Shown one piece after another: positions 39,785 through 48,103 of a DNA stretch of 64,000 nucleotides. Each line of letters starts with the position of its first letter. Position 1 is the first letter of the stretch. Below the pieces are notes generated by a model. It worked only from the letters and a program-made list of their open reading frames with translations. It made no database searches and was not told the origin of the DNA. The stretch covers positions 14,725 to 78,724 of the forward strand of contig JAZLMH010000028.1 of NCBI GenBank assembly GCA_045598525.1, written 5' to 3'. The position numbers and the translations under genes were made by a program. Source of the stretch: Bacilli bacterium (GTDB taxonomy: Bacteria; Bacillota_I; Bacilli_A; RFN20; CAG-826).

Positions 39785-39925
39785 ATGAGAACATATCAAG
39801 TTGAAGTCACAGTCGATGGAACAAGAACCATCATCACGGTGGAGGCCTATTCATCGTTAGACGCCCAAACAATCGTCAAAAAGATGTTCTATGGCTCAAA
39901 CGTGAGCGTCTGGAGCGTCAGATAA
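39785..39925 (+). CDS. 46-aa small protein (absent from the ORF track)
   Basis: RBS AAGAGG; MRTYQVEVTVDGTRTIITVEAYSSLDAQTIVKKMFYGSNVSVWSVR*; host-like codons. Confidence 0.65.
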   Translation: MRTYQVEVTVDGTRTIITVEAYSSLDAQTIVKKMFYGSNVSVWSVR

Positions 39926-40134
39926 AAATCATTGAATCAAATAAAAGAAAAACCATATCATATATGTGCAAGGCATCGTCTTGATCCAAATTCCCAAGAT
40001 TATGTCTATGTGTCCAATATATTTAATAAGGAGTCACGCGCATGAAACATGAACTTTTTTAGAGCAAACCTACTTTAACTTTCAAGGTTTGCTTTTTTGT
40101 TACTCGAAATAAATAAAGAAAGGAAAATAAGAAT

Positions 40135-42267
40135 ATGGATAACAAAGGACTTAGAACCGAATTATGCATTTTTACCTGCCACTCCCAAAAATATGGGATT
40201 GGCACACCAAAAGAATATGTCGAAGCCGCTAAAGATTGTGGCGTTGGAGCGCTTGCCATAACTGACCTATATAGCACAGAAGGATATAGAGAATTCTATA
40301 AGGAATGTTTGGCTAATGACATAACACCGATATTTGGAGTCTCGCTAACAATCGAAGATTATGAAACCGTCATTCTTGCCAAAAACGACAAAGGAATATC
40401 AACGATAAATAAACTCGCATCACAAAGAGAATTCATCTCTTTTGATGATCTTAAAAACAATAACGAAGGAATCATGTCTATAGGAATCGCAAATAACGAG
40501 ATATATCAGAAAGAAGCCTTAAAGCGTTTCGACTACATAGGAATCGATGTTTCTGAACCATATGAATTAAGCGATATTCTTGAAACAAGCGAATATCAAG
40601 ATAAAGTAGTGGTGCTCTCCTGCTCCCAGTACATAAACAAAGAAGATAAATTCGCCTCTGATCTTCTTTTAGGTTTTGACTCTAGACGCAACAAAACCCT
40701 AAAAAGCACAAACGAGTTGCTTATAGATTTCCCTGCTCAATACGTAATTGATAACCCAAATAGAATCTTAGGAGAAATCCACTACGATGACCCTCTTCCA
40801 ACCACAAGTGAGGATATTAAGCTTAACTTCATAAGTGAGGACGCATTTAAAGAACTCATACAAAAGAAAGCAAAAGAAAAACTAGGAGAACTATCCCCTA
40901 AAGAACAAAAGAGACTCGATGAAGAACTTGAAGGCATCCTGACCTATGGATATCACAACATGTTCTATGTCGCTAGTGAGCTTGCCTCATTCTATAAAGG
41001 TAAGTTCGTGATGAAAGGAGGAACATCAAATTCCTTCCTTACCTATGTTCTTGGCATATCAAAAATCAATCCTCTTGAATGGAATCTCCATCATGGAGTC
41101 TTTCTTGGATATGACTATTCTCGCGCCCCATATTTCAACTTCGATATAGATTTTGACTGCGAATTAGACACATACCATTTCTTAGAAAACCTTTTAGGTG
41201 AAGGCAAAGTCCTAAAAACCTATAACAACATAACGTATAGCCAAGAAGATGTTGCCAAACTCTTAAATGACTATCTTTCAAGAAACGAAGGAACCCGCTA
41301 TAGATCCAACATCAGGAACTCAAAGATCTTTAAGCTTCTTGACACATCAAAAGACGTAGAGGAAGTTGATTTCCGTTATGTCTTTGCTTCATCGCTAGAA
41401 GAAGTATATAAATACTCACCAGTAACAAAAGACGAAGAAGGAATCTATCACACAACAAGTGATTTCTATGAGTCACTCTCTTTCTTTCCTCATCTAGCGG
41501 TGACCCGTTCAGATTACGCTAGTGAACTAAAAGCCATAAGCGATCAGTTAGGAAAAGACTTCTTTGATCTTCCTTACGATGACACAAAAGTCCTCTCGCT
41601 ATTTAATAATGATGACGCGCTAAACAAGAAAGAACATCTAATACCTAACGCATCACCATTAATTGGAATAAAAGGACTTGATACTGACTTCGTAAATAGA
41701 GTAATAAAAACATCAAAACCAAAAACAGTGGAAGACATCGTTAAGATCCTTGGATTAATCCACGGCACAAACGTGTGGGTAAACAATGCTGAACGATTAT
41801 TCGAAAAAGGTTATGAGCTTAGCGATATCATCGGTAATAGAGACGATATATTCGACATCCTTGTTAATAGATACCACGCCAAAGAAAAAGACGCGTTCTT
41901 AATTATGGAATCAGTAAGAAAAGGTCGTGGCCTAAAGCAAGATCAGGAAGAAACACTAAAAGGCTTATCCGTTGATCAATACTTAATCGATTCAATGAAG
42001 AAAATCCAATATGCCTTCCCTAAGAGCCACGCTATAAACTTCGCCATCGTTCATCTTTCTCTTGCCTACGTTAAGATATATCGCCCTGATATCTTCTATC
42101 CTGTAACCAAAAAGAAATATGAAAGAATCCTAGGTGAATATAGATATAAAGAAATAACCAATATGGAATTATCCTCACTTCTAGAAATATACGAGAACCA
42201 AATAAAAGGCCCAGAAAAAGAACTCGCATCCATTCTTCTTGAAGAAAAGGAAAGAGGCATAAGATGA
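40135..42267 (+). CDS. Truncated, catalytically degenerate PolC-type DNA polymerase III alpha paralogue
   Basis: PHP-like N-terminus 'ALAITD'; PolC motifs 'GLIHGTNVWVNNA', 'IIGNRDDI', 'AFLIMESVRKGRG', 'SMKKIQYAFPKSHA'; only 710 aa. Confidence 0.8.
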   Translation: MDNKGLRTELCIFTCHSQKYGIGTPKEYVEAAKDCGVGALAITDLYSTEGYREFYKECLANDITPIFGVSLTIEDYETVILAKNDKGISTINKLASQREFISFDDLKNNNEGIMSIGIANNEIYQKEALKRFDYIGIDVSEPYELSDILETSEYQDKVVVLSCSQYINKEDKFASDLLLGFDSRRNKTLKSTNELLIDFPAQYVIDNPNRILGEIHYDDPLPTTSEDIKLNFISEDAFKELIQKKAKEKLGELSPKEQKRLDEELEGILTYGYHNMFYVASELASFYKGKFVMKGGTSNSFLTYVLGISKINPLEWNLHHGVFLGYDYSRAPYFNFDIDFDCELDTYHFLENLLGEGKVLKTYNNITYSQEDVAKLLNDYLSRNEGTRYRSNIRNSKIFKLLDTSKDVEEVDFRYVFASSLEEVYKYSPVTKDEEGIYHTTSDFYESLSFFPHLAVTRSDYASELKAISDQLGKDFFDLPYDDTKVLSLFNNDDALNKKEHLIPNASPLIGIKGLDTDFVNRVIKTSKPKTVEDIVKILGLIHGTNVWVNNAERLFEKGYELSDIIGNRDDIFDILVNRYHAKEKDAFLIMESVRKGRGLKQDQEETLKGLSVDQYLIDSMKKIQYAFPKSHAINFAIVHLSLAYVKIYRPDIFYPVTKKKYERILGEYRYKEITNMELSSLLEIYENQIKGPEKELASILLEEKERGIR

Positions 42268-42378
42268 TACTCTAAAGTCCGTCCCCCAAAGATGGACTTT
42301 TCTTTTTGAGATTGAATATAGGAACTATCAAACCTATACTCAAAAAGCCGATAATGTAATCAAAGGATACATACCCAT

Positions 42379-42927
42379 ATGAAAAAAGCAGAACAATCCC
42401 AGCACGATTATAAAGACTGCCGTCTAGATTTTGAGAAAGACTATGTCCATATAGTCCAGAAAGGAATCTTCGAAACTGATGTATATTATCAAAACATCGA
42501 AGGACTCACATATCAGTATAGAAGCCAAACCATCACCATCACCCAGAATAACTCACAAGTCTTGATCTCAACATCAAATGAGAAAGACTATGGGCCAATC
42601 GCCAAGATACTCATGATCTTAGGCGCATTGCTTCTTACTGTGGCGATTGGTTATATCTTCATGTATAGAAACTACATCGAATACTTCACTGAATTCTTTA
42701 ATGGCCTAGCAGATAGACCGTTCTTAGAATATATCGCCTTCTTATGTTTAGCAGGTGGTCTCCTCACTTTAATAGCAGGAACAATAATGCTTCTAACAAG
42801 AAAACAAAGACCAAACTTCAAGTTAGGGTATGATGAGCTCAATAACAGATATCATGAAATCCAAGATGGAAACGTCACTTTAAGAAAAAGCAAGCTTGAA
42901 GACCCGTTCGATAATTTGATGAAGTAA
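42379..42927 (+). CDS. Hypothetical 2-TM membrane protein
   Basis: RBS AAGGA; two hydrophobic segments. Confidence 0.65.
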   Translation: MKKAEQSQHDYKDCRLDFEKDYVHIVQKGIFETDVYYQNIEGLTYQYRSQTITITQNNSQVLISTSNEKDYGPIAKILMILGALLLTVAIGYIFMYRNYIEYFTEFFNGLADRPFLEYIAFLCLAGGLLTLIAGTIMLLTRKQRPNFKLGYDELNNRYHEIQDGNVTLRKSKLEDPFDNLMK

Positions 42928-42940
42928 CATCAAATACCTA

Positions 42941-42971
42941 GACTCCTATAGCAAACGTTATAGGAGTTTTT
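42941..42971 (+). terminator. Intrinsic terminator
   Basis: actcctatagc-aaac-gttataggagt-tttt. Confidence 0.75.
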
Positions 42972-43049
42972 AATATCTTCTTTAAAGAAGTAACTGTCAA
43001 AAGATAAGAAATATAAGGGAAGATTATAGGCTTTGTTTCTGCCACCAAA

Positions 43050-43553
43050 TGCACTAGTCAACAAAAAGTAGACATGTCTATCCGTAAATTTCCTTATATT
43101 TCTTCGGGGTCATATAGTTCAGCGAGTACGACGGCCTTTCCTCATTGAAGAAGCGGACGTATTCCTCGACAGTCTTGACAGGATCGTCGGACTCCCCTAT
43201 GGAGAAATCGTTGAAAAGCTCCTCCTTCAGCCAGCCGTTGATTGCCTCCATCGCACCGTTGTCGGTAGGTGTCCCTGTAGGCCCTCATGTACTGCCTTGC
43301 CGTGTAGTAGTTGAGCTCGTACTTCGCGGCTGCGGAGCTTATGGAGAGCTCGTGGCAGTATATCTGCCTGCCGATCTCCATCTTCTCTTCCTTCGTGTAT
43401 CTCATTCCTTTCCTCCTGCCCACGCTTTATACCACGGTGTCCGCGGCGCGGCAAACGGATGGCGCCCTTCCCTAGGGAAGGTGTGTATGGGGATCGCATC
43501 CCTGCGCACCATTCCGTTTGAAGTGTCCACAAAACATACCTGGGGTGTCTACA
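43050..43553 (-). mobile_element. Internally deleted IS3-family element (non-autonomous derivative)
   Basis: TG...CA ends with AAA on both flanks; OrfA start 'MRYTKEEKMEIGRQIY' joined to OrfB end 'GTPTDNGAMEAINGWLKEE...FNEERPSYSLNYMTP'; higher GC. Confidence 0.85.
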
Positions 43554-43596
43554 AAATTAATAGCACTTCAATAACACTTCAAAATACTGATAAACA

Positions 43597-43623
43597 TTGA
43601 CTTTTCAGGGGGGGGGTTAAAAT
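43597..43623 (+). promoter_or_regulatory. Promoter with a G9 tract in the spacer (candidate phase variation)
   Basis: TTGACT-tttcaGGGGGGGGGt-TAAAAT, 15-nt spacer. Confidence 0.6.
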
Positions 43624-43654
43624 ATCTTAAGTGTCATTATAGGGGGATATAAAA

Positions 43655-44149
43655 ATGGCAAACAAAATTTCAACGCCTCGTCAAAAGGCACTTAAAAAGA
43701 ATTTTATTTTCGGCTTGGTTGTGTTAATCATAGGCATCGTCGCTGCTCCAGCTGCGTTAGTCTTGTTTAACATCGCAAACTCACCAGACGGAACTGAAGT
43801 CCTTTCTGTTCTTGCTCTTGTCTGCATTGCTCTTGCTGGCGGAGGAATTGTAGGTGGTGGTTACGCATTATTCTTTGAATCAAAGAGAATTAGAAGAAGT
43901 TACTGCGAAAATTGTGGTGAAAAGCTTGACTACGAAACAGATGTTGCTTGGGAACTTCGTGACGAAGTCATCTCTTCAACCAACGAAACTGCAAAGAAGG
44001 AAGCTATTGTTGAATTCGAAACAAAATGCCACAAATGTGGTCACGAAAAGAACTTCACTCAGAAATTCGTTACAGGCCGCGTTGACAAAGATGGCAAAGT
44101 AACACACACAAATCTCAATAAATCTTGCAGAAAATACTTCGCCAAATAA
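43655..44149 (+). CDS. 2-TM membrane protein with C-terminal CxxC...CxxC zinc ribbon
   Basis: Two TM segments; CENC and CHKC; RBS AGGGGG. Confidence 0.7.
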   Translation: MANKISTPRQKALKKNFIFGLVVLIIGIVAAPAALVLFNIANSPDGTEVLSVLALVCIALAGGGIVGGGYALFFESKRIRRSYCENCGEKLDYETDVAWELRDEVISSTNETAKKEAIVEFETKCHKCGHEKNFTQKFVTGRVDKDGKVTHTNLNKSCRKYFAK

Positions 44150-44152
44150 TCT

Positions 44153-44755
44153 ATGCGTGATTCAGCCTTAGATTTAATTATCGAAGATATAAAATCAAAC
44201 GTCTGGTTTGACTATTCAATCAACCAGACGTTTATTTTAAATATCTTGAAGAAATACAAAAATTTCTCTCGCTATAGCGAAGGAAAAATGATTCGCGTTC
44301 TTAAAAAGATTTTTGACGACTTGGTTAAATGGCTCAAGTTAGAACGCAAGTTCATCAACCTCGAGTTTACAAACTACTCTCCATATGTTTCAGGCCCAGT
44401 CGGAACTTTCTCCAAGAATTCAGAGCTTGGATGTGATATCGAGATTAGACTTCACCAGAGCTTTTCGCTAGAAAACTATGTATGCGCGATGGTTCATGAA
44501 TTGCTCCATTATTTCACTGACTGCCATAACATTGGCTTCTCATATGATGAAGAAGTAACCAACGATGTTTTGATGGTTTATATGGGCATGGGCGATATCA
44601 TGATCAAAGGATATAGCGATTTTTTCGCTCGTTCAGATAATGTCTTTGGAAAGAAACAGATGAAGATCGGATATATCGATATCTATTCCATCAAATACTG
44701 CATGAAAGCTTTTGGTGGAGAAGATAAAGAAACTGAAGTTTACAGCGCTTGGTAA
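44153..44755 (+). CDS. Putative zincin metallopeptidase
   Basis: HExxH 'MVHELLHYF' followed by 'EEVTND...YMGMG'. Confidence 0.6.
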   Translation: MRDSALDLIIEDIKSNVWFDYSINQTFILNILKKYKNFSRYSEGKMIRVLKKIFDDLVKWLKLERKFINLEFTNYSPYVSGPVGTFSKNSELGCDIEIRLHQSFSLENYVCAMVHELLHYFTDCHNIGFSYDEEVTNDVLMVYMGMGDIMIKGYSDFFARSDNVFGKKQMKIGYIDIYSIKYCMKAFGGEDKETEVYSAW

Positions 44756-44961
44756 ACAAGCGATCACAAAGACTAAAACCATTTAGGCTGAAGCCAAAAA
44801 CAATAAATGCCCCTAATCTTGAATAAAACAGATAGGGGTATTTTATGTCTGATACCTTAGATAACCACTGATATATCGGAACGGTTATTACTTAAATGAT
44901 TTAACCGTATATAAAATTGATACAATACTTTAACAAAAATATATAGCATAATGTTATTAAC

Positions 44962-45369
44962 ATGGATCAACGCTTATTTGACGTATTAAAAAGAGAATTG
45001 AAACTCAATTATGAGAAAGATGATGAGAAGATTGATTTAATCGTCTCTGATCTTATCTCTGTTTTCGTTAAAGAAGTGATCAAGGAGTCATCGTCTTTAT
45101 CATTTGTTCAGTTCTTCTCAAAATACCTGAGCGATGAGTCCTTGCTCACTTCAGATGACTTCATTGCCTCAGAAATAGAAAAAATCATCCAGGAAACCCC
45201 TCTTTCGGATAGAGATAAGAAAATAGCAAGACTTAGATACATCGAAAAGAAATCAGAAGACGAAATCGCAGAAATCATCCAAATAGATAAAAAGACAGTC
45301 CATAACAATATGTCGAAGATATCGACATCACTAAAGAAAACCTGCTCACTCATATATAAGAAGCACTAA
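44962..45369 (+). CDS. Sigma-70 region-4-like HTH DNA-binding protein
   Basis: 'LSDRDKKIARLRYIEKKSEDEIAEIIQIDKKTVHN'. Confidence 0.75.
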   Translation: MDQRLFDVLKRELKLNYEKDDEKIDLIVSDLISVFVKEVIKESSSLSFVQFFSKYLSDESLLTSDDFIASEIEKIIQETPLSDRDKKIARLRYIEKKSEDEIAEIIQIDKKTVHNNMSKISTSLKKTCSLIYKKH

Positions 45370-45464
45370 ACAAGTAGACCATCAAATATCCACCGAATAT
45401 GGTCTACTTTTCTTTTTGCCCTCATTTGATAATTTTTCTAGCCCCCCAAGGAGGATAGACAAAT

Positions 45465-45872
45465 ATGAAATTATTGAAATGCAGCGTATGCGGCAAAGTA
45501 GCCTTAGTAATGGATAACGAGAATAACACTGACACTATATGCTGCGGCAAGCCCATGGAAGAAGTGCAAATAAAAGAAAAAGATGAAGGCACAGAGAAAC
45601 ACACCCCATACGTAAAAATAAAAAATGGATGCGCATTCGTTCAAATCGGAAGTATCATCCATCCATCAGAAGAGAATCACTATATCAAAGCCATCGCCTT
45701 ATGCTTTGAAGATGGTTTCTATGTTAAGCAACTTTCATCAAAAGACGTCCCTGAAATCGTAATACCGATTGGATGCCATAAAAATCTCAAAGCCGTCTAT
45801 TGTTATTGCAACATCCATGGGTGGTGGAAGTGCACAAAAGACTGTTTCATAGAATGTAGAAAGAAAAGCTAG
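45465..45872 (+). CDS. Desulfoferrodoxin / superoxide reductase
   Basis: 'KCSVCG', 'CCGKPM', 'EKHTP', 'HP..ENHYI', 'CNIHG'; RBS AAGGAGG. Confidence 0.88.
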   Translation: MKLLKCSVCGKVALVMDNENNTDTICCGKPMEEVQIKEKDEGTEKHTPYVKIKNGCAFVQIGSIIHPSEENHYIKAIALCFEDGFYVKQLSSKDVPEIVIPIGCHKNLKAVYCYCNIHGWWKCTKDCFIECRKKS

Positions 45873-45908
45873 TAATTGACCTCTCCATAGCTTTTCTCCC
45901 TTCCTAGA

Positions 45909-45951
45909 GACTCCCGCTAATCCTTTGCTCTTAGCGGGAGTTTTCTTTTTG
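45909..45951 (+). terminator. Intrinsic terminator
   Basis: actcccgctaa...ttagcgggagt-tttctttttg. Confidence 0.8.
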
Positions 45952-46078
45952 TTTCATTTCTTCTTCACATACATAAATAGAGGGGATAAACTTTGAATGA
46001 ATAGCAAAGGTTGCTATCTATGTAACCAATGAAATAACAAAAGACACGTCTTTTAACGTCGTTTAAAGGAGAAACAGC

Positions 46079-47275
46079 ATGAAGAAATTAGTGTGTGATG
46101 TTTGCGGTTCAGATTCTTTGACCAAGATCGATGGAATGCTTGTTTGCAAAGCATGCGGTGCTAAACACACCATTGAAGGAGCAAAGAAACAAGCTCTTTC
46201 TAGCAAGTCAGCTAAAACATCCGAACCTATTCTTGTTGATATCTCGGCATTAATGTCACCAGATTTCAAAAATGATTACGCCGAAATAAAAAGCGTAATA
46301 ATAAAAGGCGAAGGTGCCATACCAGACGAGGCATTCAAAGATTTTAAGAAACTCAAGTCAGTCACGATCCAGCCTGGCATTACAGTAATTGGGGATTCTG
46401 CATTCTTTGGTTGCAAATCTCTTGAATCAGTTGTTATCCCTAACACAGTGACAACAATCTCTGCATACGCTTTTAGAAGATGCTTTTCTCTTAAAAGCAT
46501 CGAACTTCCAAAAAGCGTGAGGTTAATTGAGAGATCTGCTTTCCGCCAGTGTAAGTCGCTAAAAGAAATAACTTTCCCTAAGCGTATAACAAAAATCAAG
46601 CAATCATCTTTCATGGATTGCATATCATTAGAAAAAGTAACAATCCTAGGTATGGCAAAATATATCGGAGGATGTGCTTTTAGTGGTTGTTCATCACTCA
46701 AGGAGATATCCCTTCCTGATAGCATAAAAAAGATTTCAAAGAACGCATTTGATGGTTGTAAGTCTCTCGAATCAATCAACATTCCTAGATTGATCGATAT
46801 TATTCCTCCTGACGCATTTCATGAATGTGAATCATTAAAAACGATCTCGATTCCTGAAAACGTTACTTATATTGGAAGCGGATCTTTCTCAGGCTGCCTT
46901 TCTTTGGAAACAGTATCCCTTCCTGACAAGGGTATATCTATTGGTGATTATGCTTTCCTTAACTGCCGAGCACTTAAAGAAGTTGGCATCTCTCATAATG
47001 ATTATTCGGATTTTGCATCATTATCTTCTTATGAATCGGAAGATGATGATGACGAATATGTAGAAGCAAAGGATTACTATTCGCCATCTACGATTTATAC
47101 ATATGCCTTCTGTGATTGTCCAAATTTAAAAACAGTCACTGTTCCTAGTGGGGTAACAGCAATGAAAGATGACGCTTTCTTCGGGTGTTCTTCACTTGAG
47201 AATATAACGATTCCTAAAACTTTAAAGTCTATTGGAAACCTCAAACGTTATTGTAGAAAACTAATAAAACAATAA
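46079..47275 (+). CDS. BspA-type LRR protein with N-terminal zinc ribbon
   Basis: CDVC..CKAC followed by TpLRR repeats; no signal peptide. Confidence 0.85.
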   Translation: MKKLVCDVCGSDSLTKIDGMLVCKACGAKHTIEGAKKQALSSKSAKTSEPILVDISALMSPDFKNDYAEIKSVIIKGEGAIPDEAFKDFKKLKSVTIQPGITVIGDSAFFGCKSLESVVIPNTVTTISAYAFRRCFSLKSIELPKSVRLIERSAFRQCKSLKEITFPKRITKIKQSSFMDCISLEKVTILGMAKYIGGCAFSGCSSLKEISLPDSIKKISKNAFDGCKSLESINIPRLIDIIPPDAFHECESLKTISIPENVTYIGSGSFSGCLSLETVSLPDKGISIGDYAFLNCRALKEVGISHNDYSDFASLSSYESEDDDDEYVEAKDYYSPSTIYTYAFCDCPNLKTVTVPSGVTAMKDDAFFGCSSLENITIPKTLKSIGNLKRYCRKLIKQ

Positions 47276-47430
47276 AAACTCAAAGACAAAATCATTTGTG
47301 GTGGTATAACCAGAAACAAGACACGTAATTTGAATCGGGTCTTTTTTTGCTCATTCCATCAAATCCCCACCAAAGATGGACTACTTTTCCTTTTGGGTTA
47401 TTTCATAATGTAGGTGTGCCAAAAGAACAA

Positions 47431-47738
47431 TAAGGAGGATCCGAAATAAGCACACACAAAACAAGGAGAATTGATTGAATAATAACCAAGCGTTCTTAAC
47501 ATCGCCAAGTACCTTGACCCAACTGGAAAAATCTAGTAGTCCATATCCCTCGGGACCAAAGTAAAATAAACCACACCGACAACATTTATATACTCTTTCA
47601 AAAGTGCTCCCAGTTGGTGATAGGTCAAGTGTGAACTAAGAGTGATGGCAAACCACAATCATAACCCTTGCTTCGCCTCCTATCCGGATCCTTCTTAATG
47701 CGAAACTCCTATTGATTATGGGTCAGTAGGAGTTTTTT
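47431..47738 (+). ncRNA. Candidate rod-like structured RNA with its own terminator
   Basis: Seven nested complementary segments; terminator aaactcctattga...tcagtaggagtttttt (47703-47738); CATAAT at 47404. Confidence 0.5.
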
Positions 47739-48103
47739 GCGAAAAAAGCCAAAAACCACCGCGAACATATCAAAAAATCGAAAAATTTCATAATTCTTAG
47801 AAAACATACTGTAGCAAAAATAAATCATGCATTTTTTCGCAAAAACTGTTGCAAAATCCGCATAAAATCTAGAAAATAGCAACAATCAGTATTGAATAGT
47901 GGAAAGAGAACTCATCTTTAGATGGTCTTTGTCTATTCACATACACGCGTATAAAGGGTAAAATCTTCCTTGCAAACATAGTTTGCTATACGAAGTTTGT
48001 AAAGCTAGGCATGCAAATGAACATAGTAAAAGTTACACGTTGGGCCATTCTTAGGGAGACTAGGTGGTCAGGCGTAGCCAACTCTTTTTAGGAACAAAAG
48101 TAT

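Noticed and set aside
43142-43600. ORFs 43145-43600(+), 43227-43532(-) and 43142-43423(-) as real genes
   Set aside because: They are by-products of the GC-richer IS3 remnant
47431-47738. RNase P RNA, tmRNA or SRP RNA
   Set aside because: Lacks GAGGAAAGUCC, tRNA-like ends/CCA and the SRP helix 8 motif
47734-47845. 14-bp inverted repeat (TTTTTGCGAAAAAA / TTTTTTCGCAAAAA) as an invertible polysaccharide promoter
   Set aside because: Low complexity, overlaps a terminator T-tract, no convincing promoter inside in either orientation, and no recombinase in the window
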